Part shown: piece after piece, positions 1 through 9,663 of the stretch | Numbering within the stretch: the first letter of the stretch is position 1 | Layout of the letters: every line of letters starts with the position of its first letter | IMG/VR virus record: IMGVR_UViG_3300042519_001321 | Span: 1 to 54,066 of that record | Length of the DNA stretch: 54,066 nucleotides | Reading direction: 5' to 3' (one strand) | Source: a virus | Lineage: Duplodnaviria; Caudoviricetes | Translations under genes and position numbers: made by a program | Notes under the pieces: generated by a model | Told to the model about the DNA's origin: nothing | What the model saw: only the letters and a program-made list of their open reading frames with translations | Database searches by the model: none

Positions 1-599
1 TCGCCCCATCCGCAACTATAAATACCCTTTTCTTTTAAGTTGTTATCATCGAGAATCTTTTTTGTAAAATAAATTCGTTCTTTTCTAGCTAGTCTGCCTA
101 AACTTAAATAATAATATGATCTATTTTTAGAGGTAGTATTATGTTCTGTAGGATACCCAGCAGTATGATTATTATTTAATATTTGAAAAAACATGTTTCC
201 GGTCTTATGAAATATTTCAATATCGTCAACATGAGCATAAATGAACCCTGCGGTTAAACCACCATCAACCCATATAATTTTTTTGTAGCCATAGTTTTTA
301 ATAATGTCAAAAACAACATTCCAATAAACAGAATTAAGTGCTTCACTTAGATAACCAACCATAATGTAATCTTTTTTAGGCAGTTTCTCTAACGCAGCCC
401 GAGTGTATGCAGGCATGCTAAATTCTGTCATGCATTGATAATCTATAATATTAAAAGTCTCTGTATTATCTAATAAATTATATAATTCATTGTAACCTTG
501 ATCACAATAAATGATATCGATACCTTGGCGAGTGACGCCTTTAGTTAACCGGAACGGATCAGGTAGTACTCCTGTTACATTATTAGTCTCAGTATTCAT
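1..599 (-). CDS. Partial CDS running off the left edge; putative GT10-like/GT-B glycosyltransferase, probable paralog of 3160..4317
   Basis: Not in the ORF track. I translated it by hand from the ATG at 599, which overlaps the end of the 589..1833 gene: MNTETNNVTGVLPDPFRLTKG...YYLSLGRLARKERIYFTKKILDD...GIYSCGWG, with no stop before position 1. The LSLGRLARKER block aligns loosely with MFVGRPNFQK of 3160..4317. The product call is inference because the diagnostic C-terminus lies outside the window. Confidence 0.6.
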   Translation of the reverse strand, partial: MNTETNNVTGVLPDPFRLTKGVTRQGIDIIYCDQGYNELYNLLDNTETFNIIDYQCMTEFSMPAYTRAALEKLPKKDYIMVGYLSEALNSVYWNVVFDIIKNYGYKKIIWVDGGLTAGFIYAHVDDIEIFHKTGNMFFQILNNNHTAGYPTEHNTTSKNRSYYYLSLGRLARKERIYFTKKILDDNNLKEKGIYSCGWG

Positions 600-1833
600 G
601 TTTAAATCCGTATTTCTCTACCATTTCTATTAGTTCAGGAAAAACAGTTCGCCAAGTTAAATTAGCAGGATGCTCACGTTGCTTATCGAGTTGATCATTA
701 TACTTGCAGAATTGCTCCCACTTAGTCTCATCCCAACTGTCATTTTCAAATAACCCTGTTATATTTGAAAAATGCACACCGTTACCATATTTTCCGTTTC
801 TATATTTTGTAATAATTTCTTTTCTTACTTCAGGTGGTAGTACAGCCGGACTTAAAAAGTCTGGATCATAAACAAAGTTCATGTCAACAGGTACTTGTGC
901 CCAATCTAAAAATTCTTCTAGATAAGCAAAATTGTATGCACTAACAGTTTGCGTGATTCGCACAGTTAACTCAGTCTGCATTAACGTATTTAAATTGTTT
1001 CTAACGTCAGCCCAATATGTAGGATAACGTATATAATGATTGCGAATATTTAAATCGTCGATACTAGGACATACACGAGTTTCTTTAAATTCACTCCACA
1101 GTGGAATAGCTTGCTCTGGTAAGTTAGTCATATTGATGTTGTACCACAGTGTGATATTCTTACTGCGACCGCTTTCTACTAGCTTGCGTAAGTATTTCCA
1201 GTGAGCTTTAATCAGTGTAGGCTCACCGCCGTTAATGTATAGTACTTCCATGTTAGGCGCACAGTTATACAAGTCTTCATAGAACGCATCATCTTCAGGC
1301 CACCTGAAGTCATTCTTGTGATCTAACCAACTATAGCCGTCATTTACGAAATCAAGCGTTTCAACCAATTCTTTATAGTCACGGCGCCATTGACTACTAC
1401 TTGCTGGATTGCAAGTGCGACACCGAACATTGCAAACATTGCCAAGCCTAAGCTCAACAAAACGCAAATCAAGAGGAATGCCCCCGTTAGCGTCAGTACT
1501 GCTAGCAGCCCAAGAAAGGCTTCTGTGAGGGTACTGTTCGATTTCATGTACACGTTTGCTGCGTATTCCCTTATCTTCTTCATCATAACACCTCGTACAC
1601 GCAGCAGGTTTTTCATCATTTAACATCTGCTGCCTAATTTCTTTGAAATAATCACTGTTCATGTGAGTATCGATATTGTGATCATTTAAGTTAAAAAACT
1701 CATCACGATCGTTTCCGTAGTTTCTAGCGCGGTTCTTTCCGGCGGTGTGGTCGCTAATACAACATGGTGTGACTCCCCCGTGAGGGTGAGTGCCTAAATG
1801 TATCCATGGTAGAGGACAGTAGGTTTTACTCAT
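589..1833 (-). CDS. Radical SAM protein with N-terminal twitch/SPASM-like Cys cluster (paralog 1)
   Basis: CNVRCRTC (CxxxCxxC) and INGGEPT motifs; N-terminal YCPLPWIH...TPCC...CTRC; C-terminal DKQR...VFPEL. Confidence 0.92.
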   Translation of the reverse strand: MSKTYCPLPWIHLGTHPHGGVTPCCISDHTAGKNRARNYGNDRDEFFNLNDHNIDTHMNSDYFKEIRQQMLNDEKPAACTRCYDEEDKGIRSKRVHEIEQYPHRSLSWAASSTDANGGIPLDLRFVELRLGNVCNVRCRTCNPASSSQWRRDYKELVETLDFVNDGYSWLDHKNDFRWPEDDAFYEDLYNCAPNMEVLYINGGEPTLIKAHWKYLRKLVESGRSKNITLWYNINMTNLPEQAIPLWSEFKETRVCPSIDDLNIRNHYIRYPTYWADVRNNLNTLMQTELTVRITQTVSAYNFAYLEEFLDWAQVPVDMNFVYDPDFLSPAVLPPEVRKEIITKYRNGKYGNGVHFSNITGLFENDSWDETKWEQFCKYNDQLDKQREHPANLTWRTVFPELIEMVEKYGFKHEY

Positions 1834-3167
1834 ATAAATGAACCTTTAGCTACAGCGCCGTATTTAGGATCAGCTAATGCTTTAGCATAATGAAAATCGT
1901 AATCAAAATAAGGTTTGATTATTTCGTATAGCTCGGGGAATGTTGTTCTAAAGTCCTCTCCCCTATATAGATCACCAGCAACTATTTGTTGCATAAACAT
2001 TCTACGGCGGACTGCCATCTCGGTTTCTACTGTAATATTTGGATCGGGTACATCACTCCAGTCGCGCATTGGTATAACAACTTCTTCTAACGGTGTCAGC
2101 ACATGATTAATAATACCTTTAATCTGCCCTTCAATTGATGGATTAGGAAAAGTTATATTTTGTAACGGCGCAACAATACGTGATTTTACGAATTCTTCAA
2201 ACACATTACTGTTGTACCAGCTAGGGAAATGAACCATGTTAAAGAAAATTTCAAAGTTAGGCCAGCGAGTTGAGAATACATCAATATATTCTTTAAGGTA
2301 CATAACATTCATTGCAGACACAGTACATGTGATGCTTACGTAAATTTCTTTGTTTGTGTGTAATGTATGGAAGTGATCTAAATTAGCACTAACAATATCC
2401 CAATCTGCTCCGTGACGGAGATATTCGAAACGTTCTTTTGATGCTGCATCAATACTAACACCAAATCCTACATCTTTGAAGTTTGCAATCAATTTACCTA
2501 CTAGATCTGTATGCAGTTGTGTACCGTTTGTACTAAAGTTTAGAGCAATATCTTTAGAAATTCCGCGGTCAATAAGTTTTTCTGCAAAGGCTTTAAACTC
2601 TTTCATGTACAGAGGTTCGCCGCCCATAATTTCTAGATACTTAATATCCTTAATCCAGTCGTCCATCTCAGTCCAAAACTTTGCATTTTCCATGTCGTCC
2701 ATAGGAATTTGCACCGTTTCTTTTAAATATGGTAAGCCGCGATCTTCTGATTCTTTGACCCACTTACTGCTGTAGTTAGGATTGCAGGTTCTGCATTTGA
2801 TATTACATGTTGTTCCTAAGATGAGCTGAAAATCCTGTGGCATTTCTGGTTCAACAGAATAATCAATTTCTTCATAGCGCCATTTAGCATAGCCATTATA
2901 CATTTCACGCTTAGACTGTTTACCATTTGCTTCATCTTGCCAACAGTGTTTACAATTTGTAGGTAATTTTCCTTCGCGAATTTCTTGGCGAATGTTTTTA
3001 TAGTAGTCGCTGTGGAAAATATCCCTTACGCTAGTACTGCCCAAAGTAAACGGATCACCGTTTGTGTCGTAGACCCGCTCTTGTGCGATGCAGCAAGTCC
3101 TTACAAAACCGCCAGGTTCGTTGCTCATGTGCTTCCAGAGCAAGCTACAATATCTAGGTTCAGACAT
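1830..3167 (-). CDS. Radical SAM protein with N-terminal twitch/SPASM-like Cys cluster (paralog 2)
   Basis: CNIKCRTC, MGGEPL, STNGT and VSIDA motifs; N-terminal YCSLLWKH...RTCC...CKHC; ATGA overlap with the downstream gene. Confidence 0.92.
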   Translation of the reverse strand: MSEPRYCSLLWKHMSNEPGGFVRTCCIAQERVYDTNGDPFTLGSTSVRDIFHSDYYKNIRQEIREGKLPTNCKHCWQDEANGKQSKREMYNGYAKWRYEEIDYSVEPEMPQDFQLILGTTCNIKCRTCNPNYSSKWVKESEDRGLPYLKETVQIPMDDMENAKFWTEMDDWIKDIKYLEIMGGEPLYMKEFKAFAEKLIDRGISKDIALNFSTNGTQLHTDLVGKLIANFKDVGFGVSIDAASKERFEYLRHGADWDIVSANLDHFHTLHTNKEIYVSITCTVSAMNVMYLKEYIDVFSTRWPNFEIFFNMVHFPSWYNSNVFEEFVKSRIVAPLQNITFPNPSIEGQIKGIINHVLTPLEEVVIPMRDWSDVPDPNITVETEMAVRRRMFMQQIVAGDLYRGEDFRTTFPELYEIIKPYFDYDFHYAKALADPKYGAVAKGSFI

Positions 3168-4317
3168 CTACTAATTCCTCTTTTTCATTATAAATCTTGT
3201 AAGCTAGGTTATAATTATAATCTAAAATTTCTTGTACTTGTGGTGATTGAATTCTTTCCTGCAATTCACTAAAAGACATAGACAGTGTTGATTCAACTTG
3301 ATCAAGTATAGCAGTTAGCCTGTCATAAAAATTTTCTATACTATCATAACTTTCATCAAACAAAATTCCATCAAATGTTTTAAATCCCCAAGATTTAAAT
3401 TGTTTTAGTGAATGAGGCATACCAAGTCGAATAAATGGAACTTTTAATAATACACATTTAAACGTTTTTTCTGATATCATATCTTCCTTCCACCATTTAT
3501 TGGCTTGTTTAAACCTCAAGTAGTCATCGTAATTATTAAAGTCTTCGTTTTCTAAATAGTCAACAGTAAAATTAAATAATCCTTTAGAAAAATACGAACT
3601 AAATTTAGTTGAGTCGCCACCCCAAGGTAATGTTAGATCGGGATGTTCTTGTTTTCCTGTTTCAACAGAACCAGGTAGTTCTTTAAGTTTTTCAACATTA
3701 ATATTTAAACTACTAGGTGGTGTATAGTTATCATATAAAAATGTTGAAACAATATCATGTTCTAATAAAGAATCCTTAATAGTATCTAAATACCATTTTA
3801 CGATGATATTTTTTTGAAAATTAGGTCTCCCAACAAACATCGACATTTTTTTATCTGCAATAGTAGATGACTTAGTGTACCCGCGGTCTATAAGTTTTGC
3901 TAACCAGAATCTTTTACTTTGACTTTTAACTGTCATTCTGTTAGTAATAGAATTTTTGTCGCACCAATTATTATAAGTTTCTCTGCCATATACATTAGAT
4001 GTTAATAGTATTATATTTGTAATATTAAACTTTAGTTTTGCAGATAAATTATGTAAAAATTCAAACCACGATAGTTCTTTTTTTAAATGAATATGATCAG
4101 TATTTAAAAATGTTATAGGTTCATGGATATAGTCTAGTATTATATTTTTGTTAGGAAATTTTATACTTACTTCTTCGAGTAGTTTTTTTAATTTAAATTC
4201 AATATTGCCCTTACAATTAAAAAGAAACCCACCATGCAAATTAACATAATAAGAAGTTAGGGGAGAGTGAACTCCCCTAACTCTCATGTTTTTTGTTATT
4301 GCTTTTTGCAATAACAT
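3160..4317 (-). CDS. Putative glycosyltransferase, GT10 (fucosyltransferase)-like C-terminal motif
   Basis: EDMISEKTFKCVLLKVPFIRLG...GFKTFDGILFDESYD resembles the GT10 donor-binding motif (DYxTEK...PVVxG); visibly AT-rich; coupled to both neighbours. Confidence 0.55.
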   Translation of the reverse strand: MLLQKAITKNMRVRGVHSPLTSYYVNLHGGFLFNCKGNIEFKLKKLLEEVSIKFPNKNIILDYIHEPITFLNTDHIHLKKELSWFEFLHNLSAKLKFNITNIILLTSNVYGRETYNNWCDKNSITNRMTVKSQSKRFWLAKLIDRGYTKSSTIADKKMSMFVGRPNFQKNIIVKWYLDTIKDSLLEHDIVSTFLYDNYTPPSSLNINVEKLKELPGSVETGKQEHPDLTLPWGGDSTKFSSYFSKGLFNFTVDYLENEDFNNYDDYLRFKQANKWWKEDMISEKTFKCVLLKVPFIRLGMPHSLKQFKSWGFKTFDGILFDESYDSIENFYDRLTAILDQVESTLSMSFSELQERIQSPQVQEILDYNYNLAYKIYNEKEELVDV

Positions 4318-5600
4318 TATCTAGTATTGCCATAATGAACAACAGTTACACCCTCTAAGTGCGGTGTCTTACGCCATGGATCAACCACAACACTGCTAGC
4401 AGCAAAGTTAAGAGCTGTGCCATTAGCTGTTGCTACCGTGAGTGCTTCATCAGCACCGGTAACTCGATGATCAGCATACCAACCTTTTACAAAGTCTAGC
4501 TGTTCACCGTAAGTGATCTGCGGATTGTGTGCTAGTAAATAAACTGCCGGGCTAGATAGAACGTCAGCCGGAGGTACTTCTCCCATTACTTCATCTAAAT
4601 AATAAAGTTTAGCACCTAGCTGTTCTACATAATGTCCAACTAACATACTACTACTACCGGCATCATACGGTACTAAAGGCTTGTATGCTTTACCTACAAT
4701 AATAACAGGCTTGCCGTCAGCAAGTTCAACTAACTTTTTAGCCATGTTTTCTGCTTGTACTTCACGTGAGCGCATCACAGCGTCAAATAAGTCGTAGCCT
4801 AAGTCTAGCCTTTCAGCTAGATGACGTAGTGCAATATTATCGCGAGGATGACATGCACCACCATCGCCCATACCAGGCTTCATGTAACCAGGTCCCATAA
4901 TGCGTCTGTCGCTTGATGCTAGTGCATCGCAAACTACTTCGGCATTAACATGACCTAGCTTCTCTGCTACGTCTTGAATCATATTTACTAGACTTACTTT
5001 AGCACTAATAAATGTATTATAGAACACTTTAATACACTCGGTTTCCTCCCACGTGCCAATGATATAACGTGGTTCGTTCTGCATAATAGTCTTGTAGAAG
5101 TCTACAAGTTCCTTTGCATCACCTGTTTCACTGCCATCTTCTGTGCCGATCATAACCATTTCTGGGTTAACCATGTCCCACTTAACAGTACCCATAGCAA
5201 TTAAGTACGGGTTATAAATGAAACGTGCATTAGTTATTAATGGTTGCAATTGACTGCGAACTGTACCTGGTAGCACAGTCGAAATAAGAACAATTAACTG
5301 AGAGGGGGTTGCAACAGCATTTACCTGACGTAGTACATCTTTAACTACACTGTAGTCAAAGTCTTTGTTGGGTAAATGGCTGGTAGGTGCTTTGCCATCA
5401 TATTGTGGGTCATGCGGCGTTTCCACTGCAATGAATACAATATCTTGCCCTTGCACCGCCTGCTCTAAGTTGGGGACCATCTTAAAGTTTTCTGGGGTGC
5501 GGGCAGAGATATCGTACCCTACAACATCATGTACCTCGGCAACCATCTCGGCGCAGGCTTGTCCTAACTTGCCTACTCCAATAAATCCGATTGAGGCCAT
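4317..5600 (-). CDS. ugd: UDP-glucose/GDP-mannose dehydrogenase family protein
   Basis: Rossmann GFIGVGKLG, IAVETP, ISTVLPGT, catalytic Lys region IKVFYNTF, catalytic Cys motif GDGGACHPRD, C-terminal GKAYKP and VDPW; SD AGGAG upstream. The exact sugar is not determinable from sequence. Confidence 0.9.
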   Translation of the reverse strand: MASIGFIGVGKLGQACAEMVAEVHDVVGYDISARTPENFKMVPNLEQAVQGQDIVFIAVETPHDPQYDGKAPTSHLPNKDFDYSVVKDVLRQVNAVATPSQLIVLISTVLPGTVRSQLQPLITNARFIYNPYLIAMGTVKWDMVNPEMVMIGTEDGSETGDAKELVDFYKTIMQNEPRYIIGTWEETECIKVFYNTFISAKVSLVNMIQDVAEKLGHVNAEVVCDALASSDRRIMGPGYMKPGMGDGGACHPRDNIALRHLAERLDLGYDLFDAVMRSREVQAENMAKKLVELADGKPVIIVGKAYKPLVPYDAGSSSMLVGHYVEQLGAKLYYLDEVMGEVPPADVLSSPAVYLLAHNPQITYGEQLDFVKGWYADHRVTGADEALTVATANGTALNFAASSVVVDPWRKTPHLEGVTVVHYGNTR

Positions 5601-5643
5601 TTGTATCTCCTAATTTTTTAAATACAGTTTTAACTGTACGCAA

Positions 5644-5651
5644 TATTTATC
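5644..5651 (-). promoter_or_regulatory. T4-late-like promoter box GATAAATA upstream of the dehydrogenase gene
   Basis: Intergenic, one mismatch to the T4 gp55 consensus TATAAATA; the same box recurs in other intergenic gaps. Confidence 0.55.
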
Positions 5652-5669
5652 AGGAGATTTTTATATTGT

Positions 5670-7064
5670 TTAATGTTTTGGTTCACGCATCCACCAATCA
5701 TACAACTCTGGATCAGCAGCATATATGTTTTCGATACGTAGGGGCTGATCAGGACGGATATCAGCAATCTTATCCTGCCAGTTACGTCCTTTAAAAAATG
5801 ATTCTTCTGCCTGATCGGGCCACTGTTCTTGGAACGTAGGTGTTACTAGCATATTCTCTAATTCACGTATTAGAGTCTGTTGCTTGTGTGTAGCTCTAGG
5901 CACAATGTAATCTAAATTATCTTTGATAATACGATCTAAAATGTGCCGCGGTAATGCCATAGGACTGAATACGATATCAGGGTGGAACGCAAACATACGT
6001 TTAGTTTCAATCTTAACATCTAGTTCCAGTGCATAGTTAAAGAAGGTTTTAAGGTCAAACAGGCCTGGACCTGTTAGTGTAAGATCCATAAGCATACGAT
6101 CTTTGCCACCGGGTAATGCCACACCTTCTCGGAAGTTCTGGTCCCATTCTTTCCATTTAAGTCCAGTACGAACAAATTCACCGATAGACCCAGTGCCATC
6201 AATACTAGCACACATAGTCCAATCTTTAGCTTTAGGTAGCCAATCGTACAAATAATGATTATTAAATCTAATTCTGCTTAAGTTACTATTATAGCGCAAA
6301 TGTACTTTCTTTAAATTATCATCTTGTGCAAGTCGATCCATAGCACGCCAATGTATGTCGTACATTAATGGCTCTCCGCCAACCCAATAAATTTCTTCTA
6401 CAACTCCACTGCAAATAGCAGCCCAAAATTCTTCCTCAACTACTTCTTTTTGGAATCGGTTAATGATTGTCTTATTCTCCGGGACCATAAAGGGCTGATT
6501 GGTTGAGTTCCATAATCCGTGCTTTCGTTTCTCTGCTTCCCAGCTCGACGAAAGAGGCTCACCACACGTACGACACTTAAAATTGCATAAATTACTGACC
6601 CTATAGTCAAAGCTAATAGGAACCATATTAGTACGTCCATCATCATCTGTCTCCTCAAATGCTTGTTCTATTTTATCTTTAAATAGAAATCCTGTAAACC
6701 ATTGGCGATATGTGCTTTGACTTAGAATACTGTCGTTGCACACTGCACACTGGGGGATTGTTTCACCAGCCATTAGCTTCTTGCGAATATCCATCATATA
6801 GGGACTATTCCAGTGCTCGTCTAGGCTAATGGGTTTGTAATCATCGATAGTACCCACATCCTTGTACTTACCAGTGCTTTTATCATTGCTAGCGTCAATG
6901 TATTGACGCTGCATCATGTGTTCTTCCCGACTAGCACAACACATTCTACGCTCGCTCTGCGGACTAATATATGTATGTGTCCATGGTGCCATGCAGAATG
7001 TTCTGTTAGGTGACTCAGGGCTCATTTGCCCGTGTTCCCAAATTGGTTTAATTTTGTTTGTCAT
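5670..7064 (-). CDS. Radical SAM protein with N-terminal twitch/SPASM-like Cys cluster (paralog 3)
   Basis: CNFKCRTC, VGGEPL, YNSNLS and ASIDG motifs; N-terminal FCMAPWTH...RMCC...CAVC. Confidence 0.92.
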   Translation of the reverse strand: MTNKIKPIWEHGQMSPESPNRTFCMAPWTHTYISPQSERRMCCASREEHMMQRQYIDASNDKSTGKYKDVGTIDDYKPISLDEHWNSPYMMDIRKKLMAGETIPQCAVCNDSILSQSTYRQWFTGFLFKDKIEQAFEETDDDGRTNMVPISFDYRVSNLCNFKCRTCGEPLSSSWEAEKRKHGLWNSTNQPFMVPENKTIINRFQKEVVEEEFWAAICSGVVEEIYWVGGEPLMYDIHWRAMDRLAQDDNLKKVHLRYNSNLSRIRFNNHYLYDWLPKAKDWTMCASIDGTGSIGEFVRTGLKWKEWDQNFREGVALPGGKDRMLMDLTLTGPGLFDLKTFFNYALELDVKIETKRMFAFHPDIVFSPMALPRHILDRIIKDNLDYIVPRATHKQQTLIRELENMLVTPTFQEQWPDQAEESFFKGRNWQDKIADIRPDQPLRIENIYAADPELYDWWMREPKH

Positions 7065-7282
7065 ATCTTATATATATCTATTATACCGTATTGAACCATA
7101 GTAGTTGTTGCTATGTTATGTTTCTTAACTACATCGAGTACTAAGTCAATCATTTTTTGACTGTTGCCGCAGATAATTTTTAGTGGTAATATATCTTGAT
7201 TCATAAAAATGAAATTCTCTACAAGTCGATCTACTTCATGGTGCCGTATTCCGTGTAAATCAAGTATATTGTTGTTATCCAT
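7061..7282 (-). CDS. Stand-alone Smr (small MutS-related) domain protein
   Basis: LDLHG signature near the N-terminus, KIICGNS at the IxGxG position, 73 aa; overlaps both neighbours. Confidence 0.75.
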   Translation of the reverse strand: MDNNNILDLHGIRHHEVDRLVENFIFMNQDILPLKIICGNSQKMIDLVLDVVKKHNIATTTMVQYGIIDIYKI

Positions 7283-8012
7283 TAGCTGCTGCCAATATTT
7301 CTAAGTTTTTAAAAAAGTCATAAAACTGCTGTGGAGTAAGAATACTAGTGTTATCGCTATCTTCGTCACCTAAATACTTTTCAATATAGTCTACGTTCTT
7401 ATACGCAACTGCTACACTAGGAAACACACCCTGATCTTTACTTTCGTAACCCACTATATATGTCTTCTTTAGCAGTTGATCTATATTATGTAGTTTCAAA
7501 TCTTCTAATTTAGGAGGAAAATCATCTGTTGTGTAATACACTGTTACTTTATGTTTGTGCGGAAATAAAACATTAGCATCTTCTAAGTGCTTATAATTAA
7601 AAATAATTTTACTAAAATTATCTTTACAAAAACGACTAAGCTCATAAATGTTTATTGCACTGTGATGTAATTTTATAGTTGTAGCATTGCAGTATTCTTT
7701 AACAAACTCTGCTGCTGCACTATCAGTTACGCTCCATATTACTGGGATACCAATTTGATCTGCAAGTTTAGCAACACGTGAAGCAGTCTCCTTATCGAGC
7801 TCACTTCTTTTAGCTACTTCTATATAAGGCAAATGCCCCCAGCGACTGGGTATCGAAACATATTTTTTATTCTCGTCTATAAGCAATGTAGGAGTACTTT
7901 TAGTAATAACAACAGCATCAGCATTACACTGTGCTGCTGCTATTAGCCGCGTTTCTAGCACATTGATATCATTTTCGTGCCCTACTCCTATATTTGCGTA
8001 TAGCTTAACCAT
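7275..8012 (-). CDS. Divergent NeuB (N-acetylneuraminate synthase)-like TIM-barrel protein, probably non-catalytic
   Basis: YANIGVGHEND...AAAQCNADAV, SEL, GIP...SVTD, IKL, VGYES and IEKY follow the NeuB motif order; no C-terminal SAF domain. Confidence 0.65.
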   Translation of the reverse strand: MVKLYANIGVGHENDINVLETRLIAAAQCNADAVVITKSTPTLLIDENKKYVSIPSRWGHLPYIEVAKRSELDKETASRVAKLADQIGIPVIWSVTDSAAAEFVKEYCNATTIKLHHSAINIYELSRFCKDNFSKIIFNYKHLEDANVLFPHKHKVTVYYTTDDFPPKLEDLKLHNIDQLLKKTYIVGYESKDQGVFPSVAVAYKNVDYIEKYLGDEDSDNTSILTPQQFYDFFKNLEILAAANG

Positions 8013-9663
8013 CGCCCTCTACACCGCCTAAACCATCTGAGTCCGTATCCCATCCAATACTGCTGCCGCCGATTTTTTTAAGTACTTCGGCACGGGCCTC
8101 AGGATCTAACGGACTGTCGTACCAGTCAACGCTTTCTCCTGTTTTACGTTGGCGGATCCCTTGGACAACTACTTCACCATCTTCACTTACGGTACGATGT
8201 GCATAGATACTAGAGTCTTTAGGCTGTTGAATATCCTTTTCAGGTTTGTCAAGAGGAATTACGTTAATACCGTCATAGAACTCAACAAAGTCTGGGAAAG
8301 TTTCTCGGAAGTTTTTACTACGACGGGCATCATACTGTTCGTAGAATACTTTAAAGTCGTGTTCAAGTAATGCACGATCCGCAGTGTTGCGGTGTGGAGT
8401 CTTAACAACGTCTAAATATTCAATTAGACGACTAACTTGATCCTGTTCCCAAGGTTGAACTAACTGCAAACCATTTGCATCACGCTCATCTTTTTCGCGT
8501 ACATCGTTAAGCCAATCAAAAATTTCATCGTGATATTTTTTACGTAACTCATCTGGTAGCGTTAGAGGACTTTGGAAGCTGGGGAAGCGTAGAATATTAC
8601 AGGTAAATCCAGGACGATTGTGTCCGTACTTACGTTTCATTTCTAGCATCCAGTTAAAGAAATCTACAATGCTATGCAAACACAATGAATTAATTGTCAT
8701 CATCATATGCAAGCCTTCGATACGTGCTTCGCTGCAAATACGCTCAAAGTTATGCTTCCATTCTTCCCAGTTTAGACCATCACGAATATACTCAGCTTGC
8801 GGGCCAACAGACTCACAGCTAGTGTACAAGTGAAAACGTGGAATATGCTGTGTACCATCAATTAACTTGTCAATAAGTTCTTTCTTAGAACCTAAGTTAC
8901 TGTTAATAGCAAGACGCATCTTTTGCGCTTGCGGTGTGTCAGCATTTTCTCTGAACCAATCAAACAACTTGTAGATGTCAGGAGTCATTGTAGGTTCGCC
9001 GCCAGTGACACGAATTTCTTCTAGCTCCTTGGACAGCTCCGGCCACCAGCGCCAGAACGCATCCACATATGGATTAAATTCTTCTCTAGTAAATGGCTCT
9101 GCATACGGCGCATCGTCAATAAAGTGACCTCTAGCATCACTACGAATATTTTGATAGCCGCCGTTGTTACGAATGTCTTTGACCCATGTACTAGAGAAAG
9201 CAGGGTTGCAGTACGAACAAGCAAACTGGCACGTACGGTTAAATGCAATCTCAAGTGTCTTTAAGTTGACATCTTCATTAGGATTTAACTTAGCAATCTT
9301 CTTAAGGTCTTCGTCGTCATAGATAACAGTCTTATAGGTGCGGTCACTAACAGGCTCGTTGCCGTCGGCATCCTTGCCCATATCCTCAATCTTCCAGCAG
9401 TATTCACATTCCTTAGGACGCTTGCCCTCCTGCATCATTTCACGCATTTTCTTTTTGTGCTTAGTGTTATGAATTGCGCTAGGATTGTCCTTAAGTTCAG
9501 CAATATCAATGTTATGTGCAGGCGGGTGATGACAGCTAGTGGTGCCGCCATGGCCTAGCCAAATAGTAGCATTGTACCACTTAGCAGCACAGAAAGATTC
9601 ACTCACAGAGTCAATCATTCTCTTTTTAAATTCTCTGTGGCTTTCGCCCTGCTTACGTCCCAT
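8005..9663 (-). CDS. Radical SAM protein with N-terminal twitch/SPASM-like Cys cluster (paralog 4), with acidic C-terminal extension
   Basis: CQFACSYC, TGGEPT and INSNL motifs; N-terminal FCAAKW...SCHHPP...CEYC; DARR...FRETFP. Confidence 0.92.
   Translation of the reverse strand: MGRKQGESHREFKKRMIDSVSESFCAAKWYNATIWLGHGGTTSCHHPPAHNIDIAELKDNPSAIHNTKHKKKMREMMQEGKRPKECEYCWKIEDMGKDADGNEPVSDRTYKTVIYDDEDLKKIAKLNPNEDVNLKTLEIAFNRTCQFACSYCNPAFSSTWVKDIRNNGGYQNIRSDARGHFIDDAPYAEPFTREEFNPYVDAFWRWWPELSKELEEIRVTGGEPTMTPDIYKLFDWFRENADTPQAQKMRLAINSNLGSKKELIDKLIDGTQHIPRFHLYTSCESVGPQAEYIRDGLNWEEWKHNFERICSEARIEGLHMMMTINSLCLHSIVDFFNWMLEMKRKYGHNRPGFTCNILRFPSFQSPLTLPDELRKKYHDEIFDWLNDVREKDERDANGLQLVQPWEQDQVSRLIEYLDVVKTPHRNTADRALLEHDFKVFYEQYDARRSKNFRETFPDFVEFYDGINVIPLDKPEKDIQQPKDSSIYAHRTVSEDGEVVVQGIRQRKTGESVDWYDSPLDPEARAEVLKKIGGSSIGWDTDSDGLGGVEGDG

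Noticed and set aside
8020-8060. GWDTD in the radical SAM C-terminal tail matching GWDTD near the giant protein C-terminus
   Set aside because: A five-residue match is too short to distinguish from chance.
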